The notes: generated by a model from the letters alone, not told the origin. DNA of 64,000 nucleotides from a candidate division WOR-3 bacterium (GCA_020343595.1 CP070802.1:13377-77376); one strand, 5' to 3'; counted from the stretch's first letter, positions 38,387-48,147 are shown. Program-made: numbers and translations.

Positions 38387-38971
38387 TTAGTCGGCACTCA
38401 CCACTGTTGTATAGAGATCGATCCGCTCGGTAAAACCGAGTAACAGACGGTCACCCGCCTTCCGGAATGTAAAATAGTCTTTTGCACCGTTACAAGTGGC
38501 AGCATCCATCAAGATATTCACGTTATAATCCCGGCAGAGTTCAGCCAACGCTGTTGTGAGGGTTACGTTCTTTCCAACTAGCGTGTACATCTTCTTAGAA
38601 CCGCGCCCGACATTGCCGACCAGGATCATGCCCGTGCTTATGCCGATATCGAACTCAACGAGAAAATCGAGGGCGTGACGCCATTTGACGCTGATTTCAT
38701 TGACCTTGTTCTGGATGTTCAGTGCACAGATAACCGCGTGTCTCGGGTTATCATCTTCAGCAGTTGGGCTGGCAAACATGAGCCGCAGCTCATCGCCGGT
38801 GACATTGGCAAGCGAGCCGTGGTATTTTGCCGCGGCATTGACTACGGTCTCGGTACAGTCGCTCAGGAATTCATGTGTTTCATGCAAGGTGAGAATATTG
38901 ACGATGCGCGCGAAATCACGGACCCTTGCGAACAGCAGTGATGCATTGACCTCTTTGGCCGGATTATCCAC
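38387..38971 (-). CDS. Stand-alone class III nucleotide cyclase-like domain, degenerate
   Basis: LLFA, TGD, AVICAL, IGISTG..LVGNVG, YTLVG..V fold motifs. Confidence 0.85.
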   Translation of the reverse strand: MDNPAKEVNASLLFARVRDFARIVNILTLHETHEFLSDCTETVVNAAAKYHGSLANVTGDELRLMFASPTAEDDNPRHAVICALNIQNKVNEISVKWRHALDFLVEFDIGISTGMILVGNVGRGSKKMYTLVGKNVTLTTALAELCRDYNVNILMDAATCNGAKDYFTFRKAGDRLLLGFTERIDLYTTVVSAD

Positions 38972-38976
38972 GCTTC

Positions 38977-39918
38977 TTACTTCACCTGCAATAGCGGTAT
39001 GAAGTTCTTGTCGTAAGGTGAGATCAATATCGTGTTGTTCGGTGATTCATAGAGGTTCTTGAGATTCTCAAGATACTTCCAGGAAAGATATGCCCGTCCC
39101 CGCTCACCGATGAGTGATTTGGCAATGATGTTTTGTGCCTCGGCAATGCCGCTGGCTTCGATCTTCTTCCGCTCGGCTTCTTTCGTCTCTTTCTGGAGGA
39201 CGAATTCCATTTTTTGAGCTTCCTGTTCGGCTTCGAGTTTGACCTCGATGGCGTTCTTCACCTTGGCCGGCAGGCTGATGTTTCTCAACAAGACTTTTTC
39301 GAGAGCAATGCCCCTGTCGGAAAAGTCCTTTTCCAATTCCTTTGTGATTTCGTCCTGCACTTCTTCCCGTCTGTCCGAGTAGATCTCGACCGCCATATAC
39401 TTCACCGAGGTATTTCTGATCGCGGTGCGGGCAGCAGGACGGACGATCTTGTCAATGTAGTCACTTCCGATCTTCTGGAAAACGTTCGCTGCTTCGGATT
39501 TCAGTAAATGGTACCAGACCGTTAGGTCCATCTTCACCTCGAGCCCATCGCGGGTCAGGACTACGATCGCATCATCGCCGTAGCGCTGTCCTTCTTCCGT
39601 GGCTATGGACATCGTGTAGGCCTGGGTTCGGACGGTCATGATCTCGAGGTCTACAAAAGGATTTACTACGTTCAATCCTTCGGATAAGGTCGACCCTGTT
39701 AGGACCCGTCCGAACAGAACCTGTACACCTACCGAACCAGGCGGCACGATGCGCAATACGGATGCGATGATGAGAATGGCGGCCAGTGCTGATGCGCCGA
39801 ACGTTACATACATCCTTGTCTTGAGCTTATCCTGGATCCGCAGGTCGTCGGGTTTCACCTTGTAGACGTTCCTGAAGACAAAAAGAGCTACGATGAGCAG
39901 TATGCCCAAAATAAACAT
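38977..39918 (-). CDS. Prohibitin-like SPFH protein
   Basis: VGVQVLFG, EGLNVVNP, LTRDGLEV, VLLRNI, AIEVKLEAEQEAQKMEF, EASGIAEA. Confidence 0.92.
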   Translation of the reverse strand: MFILGILLIVALFVFRNVYKVKPDDLRIQDKLKTRMYVTFGASALAAILIIASVLRIVPPGSVGVQVLFGRVLTGSTLSEGLNVVNPFVDLEIMTVRTQAYTMSIATEEGQRYGDDAIVVLTRDGLEVKMDLTVWYHLLKSEAANVFQKIGSDYIDKIVRPAARTAIRNTSVKYMAVEIYSDRREEVQDEITKELEKDFSDRGIALEKVLLRNISLPAKVKNAIEVKLEAEQEAQKMEFVLQKETKEAERKKIEASGIAEAQNIIAKSLIGERGRAYLSWKYLENLKNLYESPNNTILISPYDKNFIPLLQVK

Positions 39919-39920
39919 GA

Positions 39921-40742
39921 CTACCTCCTTTTTTTGTTTCTCTTTTTACGATATATGATCCTTAGGTCGCTGTCATACATCGCATCTTCATACTTAACTC
40001 TGAAATAATCTTCGATGCCTTTGAAGAGTTTTATAGCATGTTTTTCCAGATCTCTCCAATCATGATATCTGGCGGTAGAGACCAATTTGATGAATTCGTC
40101 AAATCCTGCGGGCTTCTTCTTGAATTTTTTTGCCTCGGTTATGAATCGCCCCGAGGAAGTATACGGTTTCCCGTTTATGAAAGAGAGCATCTTGAGAACT
40201 GAAAGAACAACATCTGACAATATCACGAAAAGATTTTCGCGGTTCTTTTTGTCGATCGCGGTAAATAGTTTTCCGAACGCCTCCTGCACTTCGTGGAGCG
40301 AGCCCCGTGCTAAAGATTCGCATTTTTTATTCTTATTCCTGACCCGGTAGTCCGTCAATTTCTTAAGGAATTTTTTGTTCAGCACGGGCAGGAGTATGTC
40401 AGAGCCGGCAAGGTACCATTGTGGATTCGGTTCTAATATCATTTTATAGTAGTCCTTTTCGGTTATGAATAATCCTTCTATTAGCAGCCCGTCATGGACC
40501 CTAGAGAATCCATGCGGCAGTCTCCTCTTGTTTTTGACGAAGATCATGAGTTCGAGGTCTGAGTAGGCAGTATCTTCATGGCGCGCGACCGAACCATCTA
40601 CGGCAACGGCAATCATATTTGTTCCCAACTCCCGCCGCAGGGCCGGGATGACGAGTTTTTTCAGTATTCGCAGCCTTTGTGTATGGCTATGTTTTTTGAG
40701 TCCGGTGAAATCACGGCGGTGGGTTTTATGCATTTTTTTCAA
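39921..40742 (-). CDS. Kanamycin nucleotidyltransferase ANT(4')-like protein
   Basis: AVAVDGSVAR.ED.AYSDLEL (compare KNTase AIGVYGSLGR.TD.PYSDIEM); YTSSGRFITEA and PAGFDEFIKLV match the KNTase C-domain. Start could be TTG 40742 or ATG 40733. Confidence 0.75.
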   Translation of the reverse strand: MKKMHKTHRRDFTGLKKHSHTQRLRILKKLVIPALRRELGTNMIAVAVDGSVARHEDTAYSDLELMIFVKNKRRLPHGFSRVHDGLLIEGLFITEKDYYKMILEPNPQWYLAGSDILLPVLNKKFLKKLTDYRVRNKNKKCESLARGSLHEVQEAFGKLFTAIDKKNRENLFVILSDVVLSVLKMLSFINGKPYTSSGRFITEAKKFKKKPAGFDEFIKLVSTARYHDWRDLEKHAIKLFKGIEDYFRVKYEDAMYDSDLRIIYRKKRNKKRR

Positions 40743-40772
40743 GAGCCAATTGCGGTAAGCGAGAATGCAAAC

Positions 40773-41696
40773 TCAGAACCTGATCATTGAGGTCTTCAAT
40801 ATCTCATACGTCAATTCGTCGTAGCCAAGACCAATTGCCCTTGCCTCGAGTGGTAGATTCGATTCGGACAGGAGTCCGGGGATCGTGTTCACTTCAAGAA
40901 CATAAGGATTGTGGTTATTGTCCAGTACGAAATCCACGCGGGAAAAGCCGTGAGCGGCGATGGCCCGGTGGGCGGCGAGGGCGTATTTTTGGGTTTTCTT
41001 GTATTTCTTCTCTGGAATACGGGCCGGAACGACATATTCGGTCATACCCTTGGTATACTTTGATTTGTAATCGTAGAATTTTCTCGTCTTGGGCGCGATT
41101 TCGAGGATCGGGAGCGGTACATCACTGAGTATACCGCATGTCGCCATCATGCCGGGTATGTATTTCTCGAAGAAATATGGTCCGTACCGGCGTGCCTTCC
41201 TGACGGCTTTTTCCATTTCTTTCTTTGTTTCCACGATCGTCACCCCAACACTGGAACCCTCGGCGCGCGGTTTGACAACAAGTGGAAAATCAAGTTTGGC
41301 AATGGCTTCGTCGATGTTCATCTGTTCACCGTAATAGTAGGCGGGTGTGGGAATATTGACCGCTTCAAAGAGACGTTTGGAGGTTATCTTGTCCATGCCG
41401 ATCGCCGAACCGATCACTCCTGACCCGGTGTAGGGGATTCCGAGAAAGTCGAGTACTCCCTGGATCGTCCCGTCCTCTCCCGGGTGCCCGTGTAGAGCGA
41501 TAAAGGCAACGTCGATTCCTTTCAATTTCTTCATGAAATCACGCTGAACATCAATGGCTTTGACCTTGAATCCCTGTCTCTTGAGTGCCTGTATGACGCA
41601 ATTGCCAGAACCGAGCGAAATTTCGCGTTCTGAGGACCAACCTCCATGCAGTACGCCAATAGTCATCTTCTGAAATCTTCTGCGTTCTTTATCCAT
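40773..41696 (-). CDS. ddl: D-alanine--D-alanine ligase
   Basis: GGWSSEREISL, LHGHPGEDG, GSSVG, FYDYKSKY, EVNTIPG; start at ATG 41696. Confidence 0.96.
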   Translation of the reverse strand: MDKERRRFQKMTIGVLHGGWSSEREISLGSGNCVIQALKRQGFKVKAIDVQRDFMKKLKGIDVAFIALHGHPGEDGTIQGVLDFLGIPYTGSGVIGSAIGMDKITSKRLFEAVNIPTPAYYYGEQMNIDEAIAKLDFPLVVKPRAEGSSVGVTIVETKKEMEKAVRKARRYGPYFFEKYIPGMMATCGILSDVPLPILEIAPKTRKFYDYKSKYTKGMTEYVVPARIPEKKYKKTQKYALAAHRAIAAHGFSRVDFVLDNNHNPYVLEVNTIPGLLSESNLPLEARAIGLGYDELTYEILKTSMIRF

Positions 41697-41701
41697 AGTA
41701 G

Positions 41702-41729
41702 ATGATAACCACATTGGTACAAAGGTCAA
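41702..41729 (-). promoter_or_regulatory. sigma70-type promoter of ddl, leaderless
   Basis: TTGACC-16nt-TATCAT, 5 nt to ATG at 41696. Confidence 0.7.
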
Positions 41730-41743
41730 GCACGGAGTCTGTT

Positions 41744-41872
41744 ATGGGGTCAGATCTTGACTATTGACAATTGCCGGGCTACATTAGAAACGCTCGTTTT
41801 ATCTACGGAATAGAACACCGGGGTGAAAGCCCAGCCGTACAAATTTTGTCAATGGTCAAGATCTGACCCCAT
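41744..41872. mobile_element. Non-autonomous MITE/REPIN-like element with 27-bp terminal inverted repeats
   Basis: ATGGGGTCAGATCTTGACTATTGACAA (41744-70) and TTGTCAATGGTCAAGATCTGACCCCAT (41846-72) are reverse complements at 26/27; 75-bp non-coding spacer. Confidence 0.65.
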
Positions 41873-41885
41873 GGCCATAACCATG

Positions 41886-41913
41886 TTGACAAATATATAT
41901 ATATGAATATTAT
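41886..41913 (+). promoter_or_regulatory. sigma70-type promoter with SD-led start
   Basis: TTGACA-16nt-TATTAT; AAGGAGG before ATG at 41929. Confidence 0.6.
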
Positions 41914-41928
41914 TGAAAAGGAGGTTTG

Positions 41929-42225
41929 ATGAGATTTTTGGGATTGGTTTTTGTGATACTTGTAATAGGATTCATGATTGGTTTCATGGTTCTCAATTCC
42001 CAGACAAGAGTCGATTTAGATATATTTGGCCAGAGGATATCAGATATCTCTTTGGCAATGGTTTGTTTTTATGCATTCCTGGCCGGCATGGTCTTTGTCC
42101 TTGTCTTCGCACTCGCTGATGAAATCGTGCTCCGCACCGGTCTCTACAAGATGGGGCGGGAGAATAAGAATTTGAAAAAAGAGCTGGATGCGTTGCGTAA
42201 TCTTCCCCTCGAGGAGGAAAAATGA
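41929..42225 (+). CDS. LapA-family (lipopolysaccharide assembly protein A) membrane protein
   Basis: Two TM segments, FMVLNSQTRVDLDIF, coiled tail; directly upstream of a LapB-like gene. Confidence 0.75.
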   Translation: MRFLGLVFVILVIGFMIGFMVLNSQTRVDLDIFGQRISDISLAMVCFYAFLAGMVFVLVFALADEIVLRTGLYKMGRENKNLKKELDALRNLPLEEEK

Positions 42226-43352
42226 TCGTATTGATCATTATCGTTGTTGCTCTGATCGCGATGACACTATATCTATACTTTCACCGGCAGCGCGAGAAAA
42301 AGACCACCTACCATCCTTATCTTGATGCACTCATCGCACTTCTCGATAATAATGAAGATTTGGCAATGAAACGGCTCAAAGATGCGGTCAGCACTGATTC
42401 TGATCTCTTTGATGCCTATGTCCGCCTTGGTGATCTCCATCGGAAGCGGGGCGATCCGGCACGGGCAATGCAGATCCACCAGTCACTAACGGCAAGGCCG
42501 ACCTTGAAAAAACACGAGGAGAAAAAATTATACTACGCGCTGGCTCAGGACGCCCTTGCTGCCAGGAGGCCGAATCGGGCCATCTCATTTCTGAAAGAGA
42601 TATTGAAGATCGATAAGAAGGATAATGACGCCTACAGGTTGATTCTCCGTATATACGAAGACATGGGTAGCTACGGCGATTGCATAAGTATTTACGAAGA
42701 GGGTAACTTCGCTCCGAAGAACGATTATCGTCGTGCGTTTTATTATGCGATGCAGGCACGCGACAAACAGAGCAAACTGAGTGAAGAAGACCAGAAGGAG
42801 GACAAGGAAGTCCCGAATCTATTACGCAAGGCCTTGCGAATCGCTCCCGATTCGATAACCGCGACTTTCTACATGGGTAATTACCATGAACGACAAGGAG
42901 ATGCCAAGAAGGCGCGGGAAAGTTACCTCAAGATCATTAATGAGCATCCCGAGTATGCGTTCCTGGTGATTCCGCATTTCGAAAGAACGAGCTTTGAACT
43001 CGGGTCCTTTAATGACATAATCCCGATATACGAGCGGATTGTTGCCAAGTATCCAAAGAATTTTTCTGTGGCTTGCGCTTTGGCGAATCTCTATGAGAAG
43101 AAAAATGATATGGATGCTGCGCAGAGTCTCTATACCAAACTCGCCGAGCAATTTCCGCGCAGCGTATTACCGAAGATCCGGTTATTGAAATTGAAAACGG
43201 ATGATGATGCCTTGATGGCCGGTCTTAATGATATGGAAGAGTTGGTATATGCAGCAGACTATACCTGTAACAATTGTGGGAATGTAATAAGAGACTTTTC
43301 TTTCCTTTGTGAAAAATGTCACGCCATAGAATCATTCTCGCCGGTATTATAA
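42222..43352 (+). CDS. lapB: LapB/YciM-like TPR protein with C-terminal rubredoxin-like CxxC...CxxC
   Basis: N-terminal TM; LGDLHRKRGD..RAMQIHQSL; YTCNNCG...CEKCH. Confidence 0.82.
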   Translation: MIVLIIIVVALIAMTLYLYFHRQREKKTTYHPYLDALIALLDNNEDLAMKRLKDAVSTDSDLFDAYVRLGDLHRKRGDPARAMQIHQSLTARPTLKKHEEKKLYYALAQDALAARRPNRAISFLKEILKIDKKDNDAYRLILRIYEDMGSYGDCISIYEEGNFAPKNDYRRAFYYAMQARDKQSKLSEEDQKEDKEVPNLLRKALRIAPDSITATFYMGNYHERQGDAKKARESYLKIINEHPEYAFLVIPHFERTSFELGSFNDIIPIYERIVAKYPKNFSVACALANLYEKKNDMDAAQSLYTKLAEQFPRSVLPKIRLLKLKTDDDALMAGLNDMEELVYAADYTCNNCGNVIRDFSFLCEKCHAIESFSPVL

Positions 43353-44071
43353 TTCCTCTTCTATTGTCCGGACAGGATATAGATGAGGCGATCCGTCTTT
43401 TCAACTCCTTTCAATTCAGTCGCGCCAAGGAAATATTCTACGAGTTGAAAAAGAACGGAGACCATCCTCGTATCGGAGAGGTATACTACTATCTTGGTCG
43501 CCTTTCGGTCAATCCCGATTCCGCGGCGCAGTACTATTACGGCGTCATCAATGATTATCCGCAGTCTCGGTATGCTGACATCTCTTATCTTGAGATCGCC
43601 AAGATCAACATTGCGCGAAAGAACTTTGCGACCGCTATCTCGAACCTGGATGAACTCCTCAGGCGCTATCCGGAAACTGAGTATCGGGATGAGATAATGT
43701 TCTGGCAGGGAGTATCACATATCAGTGTCGGCAATACCGGGCGAGGCGAGTCATTGCTTGCATCGTTGCAGAGTGATTTTCCGAGATCGGTGTGGAGCGA
43801 ACGGGCGGCGAACATAACGCAGAAGAAGGAAATAACTCAGGAATACTACACGGTGCAACTGGGTTCTTATCGCAACAAAAATAACGCCGAGAACTATGCC
43901 GTCTCGCTGCGTGAGAAAGGTGTCGATGCCAGGATAGTCGAAGCGGTGGTCAAGGGCCATAAATATTACCGCGTGTGGTCTGGTCAGTTTGCTATCCTGG
44001 ATAAGGCGAAGGAACACCTCGCGAAACTTGATTCACTTGGACTGAAGGGTAATGTAGTAAGGGGGCCGTGA
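43316..44071 (+). CDS. TPR plus SPOR domain protein
   Basis: TPR-like repeats (YPQSRY, YPETEY); C-terminal YTVQLGSY...YYRVWSGQF. Confidence 0.85.
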   Translation: MSRHRIILAGIIIPLLLSGQDIDEAIRLFNSFQFSRAKEIFYELKKNGDHPRIGEVYYYLGRLSVNPDSAAQYYYGVINDYPQSRYADISYLEIAKINIARKNFATAISNLDELLRRYPETEYRDEIMFWQGVSHISVGNTGRGESLLASLQSDFPRSVWSERAANITQKKEITQEYYTVQLGSYRNKNNAENYAVSLREKGVDARIVEAVVKGHKYYRVWSGQFAILDKAKEHLAKLDSLGLKGNVVRGP

Positions 44072-44144
44072 AATAGCTGGATAAAGCTATGGATTGCGGC
44101 GTCGATTCCAAACAGACGGTCTGGACCACAACAGCCGTGTCTTG

Positions 44145-46595
44145 ATGCATCTCACCCCGCTCCTTGAACAATATCAAAAGATCAAGAATAAGTACAAGGA
44201 TGTATTGCTGCTTTTCCGCGTGGGTGATTTCTATGAATTCTACTATGATGACGCTAAACAGGCGAGTTCATACCTTGGCATAACGCTCACATCAAAGACC
44301 ATAAGTAAGGGTGTCCGGGTTCCGCTTGCCGGTGTGCCGATCAAAGCGGCGGACGGCTATATCGCAAAACTGGTTAAGCACGGCCTTAAGGTTGCAATTT
44401 GCGAACAGTTAGAGCCGGCGACGAAAGGCAAGAAACTTGTGGCCCGCGATGTCATCGAGGTCATTACACCCGGTACCATCTTGAGACCTTCTTTACTTGA
44501 TTCGACGAGAACAGTCTTCCTGGCAGCCTGCTTACCCGATGATAACTGTACGGGCGTGGCTTTTTGCGATCTGACGAGCGGCGAATTTTCGTGTGGTGAA
44601 GTTCCATCCGACCAGTTATCCGAGATCCTGCTGAGACGGGAGGTCAAGGAGGTGGTGATCCCCGAAGGTGTAGAGATCAAGGTCGAACAGACCCTGACGG
44701 AGCTTGATGGTTTTCATTTTGTCTACGAAATTGCACGGAAATTATTGCTCGACCATTTTCGCGTCGTAGCCCTCGATGGTTTTGGTATTGAGGAAAAAAA
44801 ACTCGGTGTCGCAGCAGCCGGTGCCCTTCTTTACTACATGACCGAAAGCCAGAAAGTTCCCTTGACACACATCGATCGAATTTCGTTGTTCGAGACGCAT
44901 GGATCGCTATACCTGGATGCGACAACGAGGCGCAATCTGGAGATCCTCGAAAATATCCACGGTGAACACTCGAGGACACTCCTGGGAGTGCTGGACAATT
45001 GTATGACACCGTTCGGTAAAAGGAGGCTACGTCGTGAGCTGAGCGAACCACTCGTCGACGGAGAAAGTATCGAACAGAGGCTCGACAGCGTTGAAGAACT
45101 GAGAACGAGGGAGTACCTGCGTGAGGAATTACGGAATACACTCAAACGCATACAGGATGTTGAAAGAATCACGGCACGGCTTGCCTGCCAGAGGATCATG
45201 CCCAGGGAGATGGTCGCTCTTAAGGAATCGCTTGCAATATATCCATCCATCAAAGAGATGATAGAAGGTTGTGAAAGCCAGACGATGACGGATATATACA
45301 ACGCAATCGGCGACTTTCAGGACGTCGTCAGCATCGTGGATGAAGCCCTTGTGCCGAGCCCGCCGGCAACCCTCGAGGAAGGTGGAATAATTAAGGAAGG
45401 CTACTCGAAAGATCTCGATGAGTTGCGGGCGGTCGCGCGCGGTGGCAAGGAGTGGCTCTTGAAATTCGAGGAAGGCGAGCGGAAGCGCACCGGCATATCA
45501 TCTCTTAAGGTATCGTATAATACGGTCTTCGGATACTTCGTCGAGGTGACCAAGCCCAACCTGCATCTTGTGCCGCCCGAGTACATCAGAAAGCAGACAC
45601 TGACGAATGTCGAAAGATACTACACCGTAGAACTGAAGGCGTTCGAGGAGAAGATACTTGGTGCGGAGGAGAAGACAAAGGCAATGGAGCACGATATCTA
45701 TACCGGGATTCGCGAACACGTTGCCAAGCGAAGTAATGAGATCCTCGATACGACGAGGTCCATTGCGTTTCTCGACGTGCTGCAGTGTTTTGCTCATAAT
45801 GCTGCGATCAACAATTATTCACGCCCCGTAATAACTGATGACCGGAAGACCGTCATAACAGACGGACGCCATCCGGTTGTGGAGAAGATCCTCGAAAGAG
45901 GCTCTTTCATACCAAATGATGCGTTTCTCGACCGTGAGCGGAATCAAGTAATCATCATCACGGGTCCGAACATGGCAGGAAAGTCCACGTATCTGAGACA
46001 GGTTGCACTGATCACGATCATGGCACAACTGGGGAGTTTCGTGCCAGCAAAAGAAGCGTCGATCGGTCTGGTCGACAAAATATTTACCAGGATCGGAGCG
46101 AGTGACGATATATCACGCGGCGTGAGCACTTTTCTCGCGGAGATGATGGAGACGGCTAACATACTGAATAATATCTCCGACCGGAGTCTGGTGCTTCTGG
46201 ATGAAGTTGGGCGGGGAACATCGACTTATGACGGACTTGCGCTTGCCTGGTCAGTGGTCGAGTACTTACATGGCAACAAGAAGCCGCGGACGCTCTTTGC
46301 CACTCATTTTCATGAACTGACCCGGATCGAAGATTTCCTTAAGGGTGTCAAGAATTTCAACTTCCTGGTCAAGGAGTGGGGTGATGAGGTTATCTTTCTA
46401 CGCAAATTGAGTACCGGCCCGAGCGACCAGTCCTACGGCATCCAGGTAGCCCGACTTGCCGGCCTGCCCGATTCTGTGATCCGGCGCGCAAAGCAAGTAC
46501 TGAGGGATTTTGAGGAGGGTGAAGTTTTCAGTATGAGGAAGATGAAGAAGACGAAACTTTCCCAGCAGGACCTGTTCGTCGACCGCTCATCATGA
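44145..46595 (+). CDS. mutS: DNA mismatch repair protein MutS
   Basis: LFRVGDFYEFY, VAICEQ, ITGPNMAGKSTY, STFLAEM, DEVGRGTST, SYGIQVARLAG. Confidence 0.97.
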   Translation: MHLTPLLEQYQKIKNKYKDVLLLFRVGDFYEFYYDDAKQASSYLGITLTSKTISKGVRVPLAGVPIKAADGYIAKLVKHGLKVAICEQLEPATKGKKLVARDVIEVITPGTILRPSLLDSTRTVFLAACLPDDNCTGVAFCDLTSGEFSCGEVPSDQLSEILLRREVKEVVIPEGVEIKVEQTLTELDGFHFVYEIARKLLLDHFRVVALDGFGIEEKKLGVAAAGALLYYMTESQKVPLTHIDRISLFETHGSLYLDATTRRNLEILENIHGEHSRTLLGVLDNCMTPFGKRRLRRELSEPLVDGESIEQRLDSVEELRTREYLREELRNTLKRIQDVERITARLACQRIMPREMVALKESLAIYPSIKEMIEGCESQTMTDIYNAIGDFQDVVSIVDEALVPSPPATLEEGGIIKEGYSKDLDELRAVARGGKEWLLKFEEGERKRTGISSLKVSYNTVFGYFVEVTKPNLHLVPPEYIRKQTLTNVERYYTVELKAFEEKILGAEEKTKAMEHDIYTGIREHVAKRSNEILDTTRSIAFLDVLQCFAHNAAINNYSRPVITDDRKTVITDGRHPVVEKILERGSFIPNDAFLDRERNQVIIITGPNMAGKSTYLRQVALITIMAQLGSFVPAKEASIGLVDKIFTRIGASDDISRGVSTFLAEMMETANILNNISDRSLVLLDEVGRGTSTYDGLALAWSVVEYLHGNKKPRTLFATHFHELTRIEDFLKGVKNFNFLVKEWGDEVIFLRKLSTGPSDQSYGIQVARLAGLPDSVIRRAKQVLRDFEEGEVFSMRKMKKTKLSQQDLFVDRSS

Positions 46596-46668
46596 CTTCC
46601 AGAGGCTTTCTGTTACAATAAACGAGTACCTTGGAATAATTGTCGAATTAATAGATTCATTTCCCCTC

Positions 46669-46696
46669 CCGGTCGCGACCTGCGGGTCGCGGCCGG
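46669..46696. terminator. 12-bp hairpin between convergent mutS and the dehydrogenase gene
   Basis: CCGGTCGCGACC-TGCG-GGTCGCGGCCGG followed by AATATTTTT. Confidence 0.6.
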
Positions 46697-46766
46697 AATA
46701 TTTTTGTCGAAAGAATGTGGACCAGGCAGCAATCTTGGTTGTCGGCGAACTAGCTAGAGAAACGAT

Positions 46767-48071
46767 TTATTGGATCCCCACACCCAGTTTGTAGGTATTG
46801 GGTCCGTCTTGCACCGCATTGCGCGTGTCGACAATCAGCCGTGCGTTTTTTACAATTAGATCATAGTCATACCAGGAGTGGTCCGTGAGTATCAGGACTG
46901 CGTCATATTTCTTAAGCTCCCGGCGGCTGAACTTGACCGATTTGACCCTTTTCTTACCCAGCATCAATTCGTCCACATGGGGGTCATGATACTTCACCAA
47001 CGCGACTCTGGGTTCGAGGATTTCCAAGACTTTCAGAGCTGGTGAATGCCTGAGATCCGAAATATCCTTCTTGAATGCCATGCCCAGGAGCAGTACTTTC
47101 GCTTTGTTCGGACACACCCCGGACTGGCTGAGGGCTTCGATCGTCTTGTTGACGACAAAATAAGGCATATCCTCGTTGATCCGTGCCGATAACTCGATAA
47201 AGACCGTGTGAAAATCATATTCTCTTGCCTTCCAGGAGAGATAGTATGGGTCGATAGGTATGCAGTGACCTCCCACGCCCGGTCCTGGAAAGAATGGCAT
47301 GAAGCCGAACGGTTTTGTCTGGGCAGCGCTGATGACCTCCCATATATCGATGCCACCCATGCGTTCGCAGAGTTGGGCGAACTCGTTCACCAGGGCGATG
47401 TTCACATTACGGAATGTGTTTTCCAAAATCTTTGTCATTTCAGCGGAGCGTGGCGATGAGACCGGGTGGACATGGTGAACGAACTGTTTGTAGAAGAAAG
47501 TGGCAATACTTGTGCATTTTCTGGTCACACCGCCGATGATAACCGGCGTATTGACGACACCGTACCTTTTGTTACCGGGGTCGATTCTCTCGGGACAGAA
47601 CGCAAGGTAGAAATCATGGCCAACTTTAAGCCCGGAACGAGCCAGGATGGGGAGCAGGACTTTTTCTGTTGTTTCAGGATACGTCGTGCTCTTGAGTATT
47701 ATCAACTGCTCACGGCGCAGCGTATTTTTTATCCATTCAGCGCTTTTGATGACCGGCTCAAGATCTGGTTCCTTGTTTTCGTTGATCGGAGTTGGGACAC
47801 AGATCATGATAATGTCGCAATGTCTGAGCTGTCGTTGATCAGTCGTTGCCTTGATGTATCTCTTACGCACAAGTTTCTTAAGGTTGGAGGATTCAACGTC
47901 GCTGATGAATGAAACACCACGGTTGATCTTTTTCACGCGGTCTCCGTCAATATCAACGCCGATTGTCTTGAAACCTTTTGCGGCGGTCTCGATCGCGATC
48001 GGGAGACCTACATATCCAAGGCCAACGATTCCGACGGTGGCTTTTTTGCTTTTGATGAGGTTCTTGAGCAT
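46767..48071 (-). CDS. Nucleotide-sugar dehydrogenase (UDP-GlcNAc/ManNAc 6-dehydrogenase family)
   Basis: VGLGYVGLP, ICVPTP, KSTTYP, PERIDPG, KILENTFR, GVGGHCIPIDP. Confidence 0.93.
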   Translation of the reverse strand: MLKNLIKSKKATVGIVGLGYVGLPIAIETAAKGFKTIGVDIDGDRVKKINRGVSFISDVESSNLKKLVRKRYIKATTDQRQLRHCDIIMICVPTPINENKEPDLEPVIKSAEWIKNTLRREQLIILKSTTYPETTEKVLLPILARSGLKVGHDFYLAFCPERIDPGNKRYGVVNTPVIIGGVTRKCTSIATFFYKQFVHHVHPVSSPRSAEMTKILENTFRNVNIALVNEFAQLCERMGGIDIWEVISAAQTKPFGFMPFFPGPGVGGHCIPIDPYYLSWKAREYDFHTVFIELSARINEDMPYFVVNKTIEALSQSGVCPNKAKVLLLGMAFKKDISDLRHSPALKVLEILEPRVALVKYHDPHVDELMLGKKRVKSVKFSRRELKKYDAVLILTDHSWYDYDLIVKNARLIVDTRNAVQDGPNTYKLGVGIQ

Positions 48072-48108
48072 CCTTACTCCCTTCAGATTGAATGTCAACG
48101 GTAAACGT

Positions 48109-48136
48109 ATTATACTCGTAAAGATTGTTTTTTCAA
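48109..48136 (-). promoter_or_regulatory. sigma70-type promoter with leader
   Basis: TTGAAA-16nt-TATAAT; GGGAG before ATG at 48071. Confidence 0.55.
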
Positions 48137-48147
48137 GGGTTTTATTG

